Origin: Solirubrobacteraceae bacterium
Lineage (GTDB): Bacteria > Actinomycetota > Thermoleophilia > Solirubrobacterales > Solirubrobacteraceae
DNA length: 64,000 bases
Direction of reading: 5' to 3'
Assembly: GCA_030151725.1 (NCBI GenBank)
Contig: JASLDD010000113.1
Span: 5,213 to 69,212, forward strand
Within the stretch, counting starts at the first letter, position 1, and the number at the start of each line of letters is the position of its first letter. Shown here piece by piece: positions 10,559 to 20,951 of the stretch. Below the pieces are notes generated by a model, which saw nothing but the letters and a program-made list of their open reading frames with translations, was not told the DNA's origin and searched no databases. The position numbers were made by a program, and so were the translations under genes.

Positions 10559-11574
10559 CAGCGGGGTGCCTGCGCGGACGCAGTGGCGACGACCGCATAG
10601 GCGGGGGCCTTGAAGCGGGCGCGCTCGAAGCTGTCGAACGTCGGAGCAAACACATAGGCCGACTCAAAGCCCGCGATCGCGCAGGTGGCGAGCGCGACCT
10701 CGGGGAAGATCGGGTGCTGGTGTGTCAGGTCGACCCAGAAGGTCTTCAGCGAGGAGATCCGATGGGGGTTGACGGTCTCGGCGATGAACAGGCCGCCCGG
10801 CCGCAGCTTGCGCAATGAGAGCGCGAGCATGCGCTGCAGCTCTGCGTAGGGCAGATGCTCGATCACCTGCGCGCAGAAGACCGTGCCGAGGCTCCCGTCC
10901 TGCAGGCCCTCCAGGTGCGCGTTGCCATCGCCCAGCGCGACCTGCAGGCCGAGCGCGATGCAGCGGGCGACCATGCCGGGGTCCGTATCAACACCTGCGG
11001 ATGCGATGCCCTCGCTCGCAAGCATGCCGAGGAACTCCCCGCGTCCACAGCCCACGTCGAGGACCGGCGCGTGCTCGCGCACGAGCTCCAGATACGGGCG
11101 CTGCGCCTCGAGTACGCGCTCTGCCGGCCCGCGAAAGAGGTCCTCGAAGGCGGCATAGTCGGAGTCGGCGGAGCCCCGGGGTGTGCGATACCCGAGCGCC
11201 TCGCCCACGGGCGAGGACATGATCTCGAACGGGCTGTCGGCCATATAGGGGATCGCATACAGCTCAGCCGCGATCGGCTCGACGGTCTGGCGTGCCCAGG
11301 AGGCTGTGGCGTCGGCATCGCTGACCCCTCGTCGCAGCGACTCGGTGCTCAGCACGAGCTCGCGCACAAAGCTCTCGAGGCGCTCGATCTGCTCGGTGTG
11401 ACGCTCGCCGATGCGCTCGAGCTCTGCCTCAAGGCGAGCGACAGCGCCCTGGAGAGCCGCTTCGCGGGCGCGTTGACGGGCATAGGGACGCGCCAGGCGC
11501 GCAAGCGCTCTGCGAGCGAGCGCTCCGAAGCGCCCGCGGGAGGCCTGTGGTCCGGCGGCTGCCTGTTTGGTCAT
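10558..11574 (-). CDS. Class I SAM methyltransferase with N-terminal coiled coil, probable glycan chain terminator
   Basis: YAAFEDLFRG...VLDVGCGRGEFL...QVIEHL; heptad-like segment LQGAVARLEAELERIGE. Close to wzt/wzm. Confidence 0.8.
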   Translation of the reverse strand: MTKQAAAGPQASRGRFGALARRALARLARPYARQRAREAALQGAVARLEAELERIGERHTEQIERLESFVRELVLSTESLRRGVSDADATASWARQTVEPIAAELYAIPYMADSPFEIMSSPVGEALGYRTPRGSADSDYAAFEDLFRGPAERVLEAQRPYLELVREHAPVLDVGCGRGEFLGMLASEGIASAGVDTDPGMVARCIALGLQVALGDGNAHLEGLQDGSLGTVFCAQVIEHLPYAELQRMLALSLRKLRPGGLFIAETVNPHRISSLKTFWVDLTHQHPIFPEVALATCAIAGFESAYVFAPTFDSFERARFKAPAYAVVATASAQAPR

Positions 11575-11677
11575 TGCTCGTGGTCGGCGGTCATCGGGGG
11601 GCGCTGGCGCGGATTATCGCCCAATGTTGCGGGCGGCCGCGCGACTGCTCTAGGCTGCCAGCTCCGTCGGCCAGGAT

Positions 11678-13849
11678 GTGATGCGCGTGAACGAGCTGCC
11701 CCAGACGAGCCAAGCGCAGATGCGGGGAAGCGTCTGCGTGCTGATCGCAGCGCCCGCATCCGATGGGGCTACGAAGCGCTGCCTGGAGTCTGTGCGCGCC
11801 CAAACGCCTCCCGAGGTGCAGACCTTCGTCGTGGAGCCAACGCCCGACGCCCTCAATGCCGCAATCGAGCATTTGGCGGCGGCGGATCTCGTGATCCTGG
11901 CGCCTGCCTGCCGCGTCCCGCAGGGCTGGCTCGAGCGCCTGCACGCTGCGGCCTACGCCGACACCAATACCGCCACCGCGAGCGCGCTCGCCGACTTCGC
12001 CACCCCGCTTGCGCTATCCGAGGAGGCTCACACGCCTGAGGGCTTTGCCGGCCGTTCACAAGCCGTAGCCGAACGCGCACAGCCACTGCGCCCGCGCCTG
12101 CGCCGCGCGGTGGGGCCATGCATCTACGTGCGTCGCGACGCACTGGAGCTCGTGGGAGGGCTCGACAAGGAGCTCGACCTGGAGCCGGCGCTCGGGATCG
12201 ACTTCCCCCAGCGCTGCCTGCTCTCGGGGCTCGGCCACGTGGCCGCCGACGATGTGCTCGTGGAGACGCTCCGCCCCGCGCCGAGCAAAGGGGACTCACC
12301 CGAGCTGCCTGCGATGCTGCTCGAGCGCTACCCCTACCTCGAGGCCCACCCCCCCGCGCTCGCGGAGTCCGCCGTGCTCGACGATGTTCTGCACACCACC
12401 GCGCCAGCGCAGCCGTGGGTCACGATCGATGCGCGCGCTCTCGACGGCGCGGTCACAGGCACGCAGGTGCACATCGTCGAGCTGATCCGCGCGCTGGCCC
12501 ATACGGGCGCCCTGCGCTTGCGCGTGCTCGTGCGTACCAGGCGAATCGACCCCGCGACGCTGGCCCTCCTGCGCGAGCTGCCCCAGACCGAGATCCTGGC
12601 CGAGGAGCAGCTGACGCCCTCCACACCACGCAGCGCCATCTTCCATCGCCCCCAGCAGGCGTTTGCGGCGGAGGACGTCGCGCTCGCAGTCGCCCTGGGC
12701 GAGCGACTTGTGCTCAGCCAGCTCGACCTCATCGCTTACCGCAATCCGAGCTACTTCCCTGACCGGGAGGCGTGGGATGACTACCGCCTGGCCTCTCGCC
12801 ACGGGCTCGCGACGGCGGAGCGGGTAGTTGTCTTCTCAGAGCACACCGCGCGCGAGCTGCTCGGAGACGCACTGGTCACGGAGTCGCGCATCAGGGTCGT
12901 GCCCCCGGGCCTGGATCACAGCTCAGCGGTCGACGAGCAGCGCCCCGAGGAGCTCGACGACGAGCAGGAGGAGGCACTCCGCGACGGATTCCTCCTCTGC
13001 CTAGGCACTGACTTTCGTCACAAGAATCGGCTGTTCGCGCTGCGCCTGCTGGCCTCGCTGCGTCGCGATCTGGGCTGGCCTGGCCGGCTGGTGCTCGCGG
13101 GAACGCATATCCCCCACGGCTCTTCGGCGGAGCTCGAGCAGGCCTACCTGCAGACCAATCGGGATGTGCAGGAAGCGGTGCTGAGCGTGGGCGCGGTCGA
13201 TGAGCGAGAGAAGGCCTGGCTGATGGCTCGCACGAGCGCCGTGGTTTACCCGTCGGCGTATGAGGGCTTTGGCCTCGTCCCCTTCGAGTCTGCCCTGGCC
13301 GGCGTCCCGTGCCTGTTCGCCGCTCAGTCCTCGCTTGCGCAGGCCGCACCGCAGGCGACCGCCACGATCCTCCCCTGGGATCCCGAGGCGAGCGCCGCGG
13401 CCGCGTACGTGCTGCTGAACGACGCCGATGCTCGCGCGCGGCACGTGAGCGCACTCGCAGAGGCGGCAGGCGCGTTGACGTGGAGCGGCGCGGCGGACAG
13501 CTTGGTCGAGATCTATCGCGACGCCGCAACGGCGCCGACCCGCGAGGCTGCTGTGCTCGGGCGCGATGCCGTGCAGCGCGAACGCCGCCTCACAGAAGCT
13601 CACGAGGTGGTGGTACGCCGCCTGATCGGCGAGCGCGCTCACGCGCAGCGCATGTATGACGAGCTGAACGCCGAGGTCGGCGACGGGCTGAGCCTGATCG
13701 GCCCAAATGGCACGCTGCCCGAGAACGCGCAGCGTGCGTTGCTGACGATCAGCGCGCATCCGCAGCTCAGAGGAGCGCTCTTCGGCGCGCTTTCGCGGGT
13801 TTTCCTCATAGGACGAGCCCTCGGACGCTTGGTAGGTCGAGGGCGTTAG
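11678..13849 (+). CDS. Multidomain glycosyltransferase: degenerate GT2 plus GT4 plus C-terminal helical tail
   Basis: LGTDFRHKN and VYPSAYEGFGLVPFE (GT4); N-terminal region resembles GT2 but has LAPAC where LNSD/DxD is expected. Confidence 0.8.
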   Translation: MMRVNELPQTSQAQMRGSVCVLIAAPASDGATKRCLESVRAQTPPEVQTFVVEPTPDALNAAIEHLAAADLVILAPACRVPQGWLERLHAAAYADTNTATASALADFATPLALSEEAHTPEGFAGRSQAVAERAQPLRPRLRRAVGPCIYVRRDALELVGGLDKELDLEPALGIDFPQRCLLSGLGHVAADDVLVETLRPAPSKGDSPELPAMLLERYPYLEAHPPALAESAVLDDVLHTTAPAQPWVTIDARALDGAVTGTQVHIVELIRALAHTGALRLRVLVRTRRIDPATLALLRELPQTEILAEEQLTPSTPRSAIFHRPQQAFAAEDVALAVALGERLVLSQLDLIAYRNPSYFPDREAWDDYRLASRHGLATAERVVVFSEHTARELLGDALVTESRIRVVPPGLDHSSAVDEQRPEELDDEQEEALRDGFLLCLGTDFRHKNRLFALRLLASLRRDLGWPGRLVLAGTHIPHGSSAELEQAYLQTNRDVQEAVLSVGAVDEREKAWLMARTSAVVYPSAYEGFGLVPFESALAGVPCLFAAQSSLAQAAPQATATILPWDPEASAAAAYVLLNDADARARHVSALAEAAGALTWSGAADSLVEIYRDAATAPTREAAVLGRDAVQRERRLTEAHEVVVRRLIGERAHAQRMYDELNAEVGDGLSLIGPNGTLPENAQRALLTISAHPQLRGALFGALSRVFLIGRALGRLVGRGR

Positions 13850-13893
13850 AGCCCCTCACCGCCTGACCTGCCTGCCCCCCGCTATACCCTCCA

Positions 13894-15174
13894 ATGACCT
13901 TGGCCGCCGAGCAGACAGCCGTTCCCGGACGCCCCGCGCTCGCCGCGCAGGGCGTACACAAGCGCTTCAAGATCCCTGAGGAGCGCAGCCACACGCTCAA
14001 GGAGCGGGCGCTTCATCCCCTGCGCCGCTCACGCCACGAGTCGCTGTATGCGCTCAAGGACATCTCCTTCGCGGTGGCGCCCGGAGAGTTCTTTGGGATC
14101 GTCGGGCGCAACGGCAGCGGCAAGAGCACCCTCCTGAAGTGCCTGGCCGGGATCTACGGCACCGACGAGGGGCAGATCTGGTGCAACGGACGGATGTCCA
14201 CGTTCATCGAGCTCGGCGTGGGCTTCAACCCCGACCTCGCCGCCTACGACAACGTGGCGCTCAACGGGATCATGCTCGGCCTCTCCCCCAAGGAGGCGCG
14301 GGCGCGCTATGAGCGCGTGATCGAGTTCGCCGAGCTCGAGGAGTTCCAGGACCTCAAGCTCAAGAACTACTCCTCGGGCATGCACGTGCGGCTCGCATTC
14401 TCGGTCGCGATCCAGGTCGACGCCGACATCCTGCTGATCGACGAGGTGCTCGCGGTCGGGGACGCGGCTTTCCAGCAGAAGTGCTTCGACGTGTTCAACC
14501 GCATGCGCGAGGAAGGCCGCACGATCGTGTTCGTCACCCACGACATGGGCGCCGTGACCCGCTTCTGCCACCGCGCGATGCTGCTCGAGCGCGGCGAGAT
14601 GGTCACCATCGGCGACCCCCGCGACGTGGCCGACCGCTACCTCGAGATCGCCTTTGGGCGCGCCGTCGGCTACGAAGACGCCGACGTGGGTACAGCCCGC
14701 ATGGGCGACGGCGCTGCACGAGTAAGCGATGTGTGGCTGGGTGACGATCGCAATGAACGCCTGGCTATTGCCCCACAATCCGAGCCGCTCACGTTGAAGA
14801 CGCTCGTGACATTCAACTCCCACGTGCTCGACCCCGCCGTCAGCCTCACGCTGCTCAACGAGCATCGCCAGCCGGTCGTCGTGGCAACCACCGCCAAAGA
14901 GCAGGAGGAGACCGGCGGCTTCCAGGCGGGGGAGCAGGCCGTGTTCGCATTCTCCTTCCACAACATGCTCGCGCCTGGGCGCTATCACACGGTGCTCACG
15001 ATCACCCACCGCGGTGAGGGCCTCGACGTGATCGACCGCTTCGCCGGTGGGCTCTCCTTCGTCGTCTCGGGAATGTCCATCAGCGGCGGGATGGTCGAGA
15101 TCCCAGTCCAAACGGACGTAACTCGGATAGATGTGTCCTCGCCCGAGGCGCAGCCCACGGGCGGCTCACGGTGA
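13894..15174 (+). CDS. wzt: Polysaccharide ABC exporter ATPase with C-terminal Wzt carbohydrate-binding domain
   Basis: Walker A GRNGSGKST, signature YSSGM, ILLIDEVLAVGD; about 170 aa beta-rich C-terminal extension. Confidence 0.92.
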   Translation: MTLAAEQTAVPGRPALAAQGVHKRFKIPEERSHTLKERALHPLRRSRHESLYALKDISFAVAPGEFFGIVGRNGSGKSTLLKCLAGIYGTDEGQIWCNGRMSTFIELGVGFNPDLAAYDNVALNGIMLGLSPKEARARYERVIEFAELEEFQDLKLKNYSSGMHVRLAFSVAIQVDADILLIDEVLAVGDAAFQQKCFDVFNRMREEGRTIVFVTHDMGAVTRFCHRAMLLERGEMVTIGDPRDVADRYLEIAFGRAVGYEDADVGTARMGDGAARVSDVWLGDDRNERLAIAPQSEPLTLKTLVTFNSHVLDPAVSLTLLNEHRQPVVVATTAKEQEETGGFQAGEQAVFAFSFHNMLAPGRYHTVLTITHRGEGLDVIDRFAGGLSFVVSGMSISGGMVEIPVQTDVTRIDVSSPEAQPTGGSR

Positions 15175-16082
15175 GCAGCTCGCCAACCACACTAGGCCCC
15201 TTGGGAGAGGCCGCGATCTCGCGTGAGCAGCTCGGTAAGCCGATCCGTGGACCCCGGGCCCTTGACGACAGCTGGCGGCGCTTCTGGCACCTCGCCTACA
15301 ACATCGCGCGCAGCGAATTCAAACTCAAGTTCTTCGGATCGGCGCTCGGCTACCTGTGGCAGGTCATGCGCCCGCTGCTGCTGTTCGGCGTTTTGTATGT
15401 GTTCTTCACGAAGGTCTCAAACCCCAACGTCGTGCAGAAGGGCGATAAGTACTACGGCGCCCAGCTGCTGGGATCTGTCGTGCTCTTCAGCTTCTTCGCC
15501 GAGGCGACGCAGGGCGCCGTTCGCAGCGTGGTCGATCGCGAGACGCTCGTGCGCAAGATCCAGTTCCCGCGGCTTGTGATCCCCGTCTCGGTGGTCCTGT
15601 TGGCGCTGTTCAACCTGGGCCTCAACCTGATCGTGGTGTTGATCTTCGCGCTCGCTTCGGGCGTGCGTCCAATGCTCAGCTGGCTCGAGCTGCCGCTGAT
15701 CGTTGCGATGCTCGCGGCCATGGCGATGGGTGTCGCGATGCTGCTGTCGGCGCTGTTCGTGCGCTTTCGCGACATCCAGCCGATCTGGGACGTCGTCTCG
15801 CAGATCCTCTTCTACGCCTCCCCGGTGATCATCTCGATCGAGACCGTGCGCGAAAAACTCCTGCACCATCAGTTCCTGATGCACCTCTACACGCTGAATC
15901 CGCTCGTGGCCGTCTTCCAGCAGTTCCGCCACGCGATGATCTTTCACGGCACGCTCAGCGCGGGGCAAGCGATGGGAAGCTGGCTTGCCTTGCTCGAGCC
16001 CCTAGCCCTCGCCGCGGTCATCTTCGTCCTCGGGTTCTGGGTCTTCAACCGCGAAGCCCCCCACATCGCCGAGGACCTCTAG
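15171..16082 (+). CDS. wzm: Polysaccharide ABC exporter permease
   Basis: FFGSALGYLWQVMRP, KIQFPR, RFRDI, FYASPV, LNPL; translationally coupled to wzt. Confidence 0.92.
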   Translation: MSSSPTTLGPLGEAAISREQLGKPIRGPRALDDSWRRFWHLAYNIARSEFKLKFFGSALGYLWQVMRPLLLFGVLYVFFTKVSNPNVVQKGDKYYGAQLLGSVVLFSFFAEATQGAVRSVVDRETLVRKIQFPRLVIPVSVVLLALFNLGLNLIVVLIFALASGVRPMLSWLELPLIVAMLAAMAMGVAMLLSALFVRFRDIQPIWDVVSQILFYASPVIISIETVREKLLHHQFLMHLYTLNPLVAVFQQFRHAMIFHGTLSAGQAMGSWLALLEPLALAAVIFVLGFWVFNREAPHIAEDL

Positions 16083-16133
16083 CAAGTCGAACTGTTGGGG
16101 CTTGTTGCCCGAGCAGACCTATAAGGTGCCGCG

Positions 16134-17915
16134 GTGCCCTTCGCGAGCTCGCCCGCCCTAAAGCGCCTCGCATGGGGCCTGCCCGTGTTCGTCGTCGGCG
16201 TGATCGCGCTGCCGCTGTTCACCGACCGGACCTTCGGCAACGACTGGCCGGATCATCTCTGGCTGGTCTGGCAGCAGGGCCAGGCGATTGCCCAGCTGGG
16301 CCATCCCAGCTACTACCTGCAGGCCGAGCAGGGGGTGTTCCAGCCGTTCTTCGCCTTCTACGGAGGGACCTTCTATGGGTTCACGGGCGGCATCTCTGCG
16401 CTGCTGGGCCAGCATCCCGTGGTGGCCTACGTCGCGGTGATCATCGCGGCCTTCGCAGGCGCCTACGCGGGCTGGACATGGCTCGCCCGTCAAGTCGGCC
16501 TGCGCGGATGGTGGGCCCAACTGCCTGGCCTGTTGTACGTGACATCTCCGTACATCATCACCGGACCCTTTGCGCGCGGCGACGTGCCCGAGTCGGTTGG
16601 AACCGCCTCGATCCCCCTAGTCGCCGCGAGCGCACTGGCGGTTCTGCGCAGCGAGCGTCTGCGTGCGCGCGACGCGGCGTTGCTGATCTTCTCCAGCGCC
16701 TGGTTCACCGCATGTCACAACATCACCGCGCTGTGGGGCACGACCTTCCTGGTCGCGACTGGATTGGTGCTCCTCTTCGCGGTGGGACGCACCCACCCGG
16801 CGCTCAGGGTGCGCCGCCTCGCGTTGACAGTCGGCCTCGCCGCGACCGGCGCGGCGGTCAATGCCTGGTACCTGTTCCCCACCCTCGCCTATGCCGGACA
16901 CACTGCTATCGCTTCCCGGATAGGGATCGCCGGCGGCAACTTCGACACCTTCGAAGCGATCTTCAACCCGCTGCGCAACAGCAAGGAGCTGATCTTTGCT
17001 CAACGGACCTCCCAGGGGTGGCTGAACGACGCAGGACGCCTGAACGTCCAGATGCCGACGCTCGCCTTCATTTGGGCACTCGCCGTGCTCGGCCTCGCCT
17101 GGCACGGGATCTCGCGGCAGTGGCGGCGATTTGCCGCAGGGATGCTCCTCGTCGTTGTGGCCCTGCTCGCGCTCCTGCTCACCAACATGAGCATCGTTCC
17201 TCGTCCCTGGCAACTCATCCAGTTTCCCTACCGTGCCGAGACATACGTCACTCTGGGCGTGTGCACGCTGGCATTGGCGGGGATCGTGTCGCTACCGCGG
17301 ATCGCGATCCCACGCAGACGCTCGATCGCGACCGCCGCGCTCGTGGTAATACTCGTGGTCAGCTTCGGCCAGGCGATCGTTCAGCAGTGGAGCCAGGACT
17401 CATCGCTTTCCTCGCGACAGCTCGTGTTCCAGCCGAAGAACAGCTTTCCAGCCTCCTGGTACTCCGAATTCGACTACGCGGACGTCTCACTGCGAGGCGT
17501 CCCCTTCGCGGAGTTCGTGCAGGTGCCGAACGTGACGGTCACGGGCGGCAACCGGGAGAGCCTGCTGCCAATTCAAACCAACGGCGAGCGCGACACGAGC
17601 GTCATCACGTTCCCCTCTCCCGGCCCTCGCCCGCTGGCCACGAACGTCTACGGCGGACCGGAAATGGTCAAGGTGACCGGGGCGCGGGTGATCGGGCGAT
17701 CTCCCACGAACGAGCTGGCGATCGAGGTGCTCGCCCCGAAGGGACAAGAGGCGAGGGTCACCTTCTCACCGGCCCACCCTCTCCCGGTGGTGCTGGGCCA
17801 GGCTGTCACTGTTGCCACCCTTCTGCTGTGGCTGTGCCTGGCGGCATGGGCCGGCTTGCGCTGGGTGCAGGGGCGGCGAGCAGCCCCTGAGCGTCAGTCC
17901 GCTCCATCCACCTGA
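16134..17915 (+). CDS. Membrane protein, GT-C-like (PTPS-related membrane family style)
   Basis: NDWPDHLW, PFFAFYG, ARGDVPE, IQFPYR; multiple TM helices. TAAGGT lies 6 nt before the GTG start. Confidence 0.65.
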   Translation: MPFASSPALKRLAWGLPVFVVGVIALPLFTDRTFGNDWPDHLWLVWQQGQAIAQLGHPSYYLQAEQGVFQPFFAFYGGTFYGFTGGISALLGQHPVVAYVAVIIAAFAGAYAGWTWLARQVGLRGWWAQLPGLLYVTSPYIITGPFARGDVPESVGTASIPLVAASALAVLRSERLRARDAALLIFSSAWFTACHNITALWGTTFLVATGLVLLFAVGRTHPALRVRRLALTVGLAATGAAVNAWYLFPTLAYAGHTAIASRIGIAGGNFDTFEAIFNPLRNSKELIFAQRTSQGWLNDAGRLNVQMPTLAFIWALAVLGLAWHGISRQWRRFAAGMLLVVVALLALLLTNMSIVPRPWQLIQFPYRAETYVTLGVCTLALAGIVSLPRIAIPRRRSIATAALVVILVVSFGQAIVQQWSQDSSLSSRQLVFQPKNSFPASWYSEFDYADVSLRGVPFAEFVQVPNVTVTGGNRESLLPIQTNGERDTSVITFPSPGPRPLATNVYGGPEMVKVTGARVIGRSPTNELAIEVLAPKGQEARVTFSPAHPLPVVLGQAVTVATLLLWLCLAAWAGLRWVQGRRAAPERQSAPST

Positions 17916-19933
17916 GGGACAGAGTCGGACGCAAGCTCTCCAGCAAGCGCCATCGTCTCGGCGCGGGCGACGCGCTCGAAGAACGCCTCCAGCGCGTCGA
18001 TTCGAAGCTCCCAGGCGTAGGCCTGCGCGGTCTCGATGCCGGCCCGGCCCAGGCGCTCGCGCAGCTGTGGGTCTGCGAGCAGACGCTCCAGCGCCTCGGC
18101 GACGGCCGCAGGGCGAGACTCGGGCATCAGGCAGTTGACGCCGTCGACGCAGAAGTCGCGGTTGCCGTGAGCGTCGGTGCACAAGACGGGGGCGCCCGTG
18201 GCCATGGCCTCGAGCGGCGGCAGCGCAAAGCCCTCGTGGGTGGATGTCTGGATGAACACGCCGGCCTGGCAGAACAGCTCGTTGACGTGCTCGTCGTCGG
18301 GGGACTCGACGTAGCGCATGCCCGGCTCGTCGGCCAGCTCGGGCTCGATCCCGAACATGCAGAGCTCCGGGCGGGGCTCTTTGAGCGCGCGCCAGGCGGC
18401 GAGCGTCAGCGGCAGGTTCTTGAGCGGGTTGGAGCGTCCGAGCGCGAGCACCATGTCGTCGCGGCGCGCGATGTCGGCCCGCGGGCGGAAGCACTCGAGG
18501 TCGATGCCCGGCGGAATCAGCTCGGCATCGAGGTCGAGCTCTCGCAGGCGCTCGCGATTCCACTGCGAGATCGTCATGTAGCGGAACTCCGGCCGGTAGG
18601 AGTCGAGCACGGCGTGGCGGGCGCGCTCGTGGTCGGGGTAGTAGGAGGTCTCGATGTCCTGGACGAAGTACACGGGGATGCCGCGCGGGATGCTCGCCCG
18701 CCAGACCGGCACGGCGGTCATCCACCAGGTTGCCACCTTGATTGCATCCACCTGGGAGAGAGCCCGTGCGAGCTCGTGGTAGTCGGAGAAGCTGTGCACG
18801 GGGGCGCGCAGAGGGAACCACTCGGGCGCCCGGCCGAGCGTGTACAGCGCCACGTCGTGCCCGCGCGCGGCCAGGCGGTTGAGGTGCTCGAAGATGTCGC
18901 GGTGCCCGCCGCCCACGCCGGTGTCCTCAGTCACGTAGACGATGCGCAGGCGCCCGTCGTCGGTCGTGACGGTGCGGGCGTCGAAGAAGTCCGACCAGCG
19001 CTCCCAGAAGAGCTCCTGAGAGCCCTTCTCGCGCTCGCCGAGGTCGGTGCCGCGGGTGACGGACTCGTGGTGGATGAGCTGGGCGGCGGGGAAGTACAGC
19101 ACCTGCAGCCCCGCCTGCCAGGAGCGCAGGCACCAGTCGACGTCCTCGTAGGCCATGGCGTAGCGCTCGTCGAGCAGACCGACGCGCTCGATCAGCTCAC
19201 GCCGCACGTACATGCAGGCGCCGGTCACCGCCAGCGCCGGGCTGGTCTGATCGGCGGGCCCCCAGCCGGCGGGCTTGAAGCGGTAGCGGTGGTCGAACCA
19301 CTGTGGCTGGTCGCGGTTTCGCACGGTGCCCCCGAACTGGATGCGCCCGTCTGGGTACTGCAGCTGGGCCCCCACGATCCCGATGTCCTCGTGACGGTGG
19401 GCGGCGTACTGCAGGCACTGAAGCCAGCCGGGCAGCGCCTCGGTGTCGGAGTTCAGCAGCACGACGTCGCGATCGCCGTCGCTGGCTTGCAGGCCGCGGT
19501 TGACGTTGACGGCGAAGCCGCCGTTGTCCTCGCCGGCGACGAGCATGTCGATGCCCTTGATGCGGCGCAGCGCGGCCACGTGCTCGGCGCCGCTTGCGTC
19601 GTCGGCGACGATCACCCGCGCCATGCCCTTGGGAACGGTCTTGGCGATGCTGCGCACGAGCGCGCGCACGCGCTCGGCGTCGCGATAGCTGGGGATCACG
19701 ATGTCGACTGGGCGCCCGTGCTCGCGATACCACTCCACGGCGCGCCTCAGTTCCTGGTCGCGGGCATGGGTACGCAGGCGCAGGCGCCGCTGCAGCGGAG
19801 TGAAGCGCAGCGGGAAGGTGACGGCGCGGAAGAGGATGGTGCGCAGGCCGAAGTACCTGTAGGTCAGGTAGATGCGGCGTCGCAAGTTGGACAGGGGCCC
19901 CCCAGGGCGGCCCTCGGTGGGACTATCGGTCAT
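17894..19933 (-). CDS. Bifunctional glycosyltransferase, GT2 plus GT4 (WsaF-like C-terminal domain)
   Basis: GT2: VIPSY, DDAS, LLNSD, YEDVDW. GT4: GGHRDIF, ATWWMTA, YFVQD, EGFALPPLEAMA. Confidence 0.88.
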   Translation of the reverse strand: MTDSPTEGRPGGPLSNLRRRIYLTYRYFGLRTILFRAVTFPLRFTPLQRRLRLRTHARDQELRRAVEWYREHGRPVDIVIPSYRDAERVRALVRSIAKTVPKGMARVIVADDASGAEHVAALRRIKGIDMLVAGEDNGGFAVNVNRGLQASDGDRDVVLLNSDTEALPGWLQCLQYAAHRHEDIGIVGAQLQYPDGRIQFGGTVRNRDQPQWFDHRYRFKPAGWGPADQTSPALAVTGACMYVRRELIERVGLLDERYAMAYEDVDWCLRSWQAGLQVLYFPAAQLIHHESVTRGTDLGEREKGSQELFWERWSDFFDARTVTTDDGRLRIVYVTEDTGVGGGHRDIFEHLNRLAARGHDVALYTLGRAPEWFPLRAPVHSFSDYHELARALSQVDAIKVATWWMTAVPVWRASIPRGIPVYFVQDIETSYYPDHERARHAVLDSYRPEFRYMTISQWNRERLRELDLDAELIPPGIDLECFRPRADIARRDDMVLALGRSNPLKNLPLTLAAWRALKEPRPELCMFGIEPELADEPGMRYVESPDDEHVNELFCQAGVFIQTSTHEGFALPPLEAMATGAPVLCTDAHGNRDFCVDGVNCLMPESRPAAVAEALERLLADPQLRERLGRAGIETAQAYAWELRIDALEAFFERVARAETMALAGELASDSVPQVDGAD

Positions 19934-20951
19934 CGGGTGAGACGTCCTTGGTGGTCGATGTCTGCTCGGGCTCGCCGTCCAGGTCCAGCGGGGCAAAGCC
20001 CGCGCGTCCCTCCAGGGAGAGCCTGCGCGTCGCGCCCGCGGGCAGGCGATCGGCGTGCGAGCCGAGCAGCGCGCCGCTCGTGCGGAGCACATGATGGCGC
20101 GTGACCGCCGCCAGCGTCCCGAGCAGCGCCGTGCCCGTCACGCCCTCGCCCGTCAGCTGCCTGCGCGCAGCCCCGAGCTCGCCGCGCAGCCGCGCCAACA
20201 ACGCCGCGGGCCCGGCCGGCTCGCGCCAGCCGTAGACCTCGAGCAACCCGCGCCACTCATCGAAGCAGCGGCGCAGCTCCTGAGTCGAGGTGTAGGCGTG
20301 GGAGTGGATGGCCGCGGCGGCGGGCACGAACGCCTTGGCGTGGCCGGCGCGCAGCATGTCGATCGCGAGCACCCTGTCCTCGGCATATGCGACCTCGCGA
20401 AAGGGCACCCGCTCCCAGGCGCTGCGCGCGATGCAGGCGTTGGCGTCGCTGAAGAAGCCGCGCCGTCCGAGGAACGCAACCGCCGGCAGCACGCGCTCAT
20501 CTGCATCGAGGCGTTGCACCCGCGGCTGCCCGTCCTCTGACAGCGAGGCGAACCAGCGCTCGAGCTCCAACCGCACGGGGAGCGCTGCATCGGGGCGCGG
20601 ACGGTAGGGCCCATAGACGAGGGCCACGTCGTCGGCAAGCTGGAAGGCCGACAGCAGCTCGGCCAGCCAGCGCTCCTCCGCCGGCTCTGAGTCCTGGGTC
20701 AGCAGTGCCACGTGCTCGGTTTGGGCGGCCTGCATGAGGAGGTTGCGCGTGGCGCCGTGGGAGAAGCGCTCGCGTGGGATCTCGATCACTCGGGCACCGT
20801 GCTCGCGGGCGCGCTCGAGCGATCCGTCGCTGGAGCCCGAGTCGCACACGATGAGCTCGTGGGCGACGCTTTGCCCGCTTAGGGCCGCGAGCACGCCGGC
20901 GAACTGCTCGCCGCCGTCGAGCACAGGGATGGCGACGGTGGCGTCAGGCAT
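19923..20951 (-). CDS. Glycosyltransferase family 2 (rhamnosyltransferase-like)
   Basis: CDSGSSDGS, FSHGATRN, LLTQD, FFSDANAC, YAED, IHSH. Confidence 0.88.
   Translation of the reverse strand: MPDATVAIPVLDGGEQFAGVLAALSGQSVAHELIVCDSGSSDGSLERAREHGARVIEIPRERFSHGATRNLLMQAAQTEHVALLTQDSEPAEERWLAELLSAFQLADDVALVYGPYRPRPDAALPVRLELERWFASLSEDGQPRVQRLDADERVLPAVAFLGRRGFFSDANACIARSAWERVPFREVAYAEDRVLAIDMLRAGHAKAFVPAAAAIHSHAYTSTQELRRCFDEWRGLLEVYGWREPAGPAALLARLRGELGAARRQLTGEGVTGTALLGTLAAVTRHHVLRTSGALLGSHADRLPAGATRRLSLEGRAGFAPLDLDGEPEQTSTTKDVSPDDR

Noticed and set aside
16172..17890. 572-aa alternative-frame ORF and other long overlapping ORFs (18167..20104, 43984..45564, 53103..54881, 58511..60052)
   Set aside because: No recognisable motifs; explained as off-frame or antisense shadows of well-supported genes.
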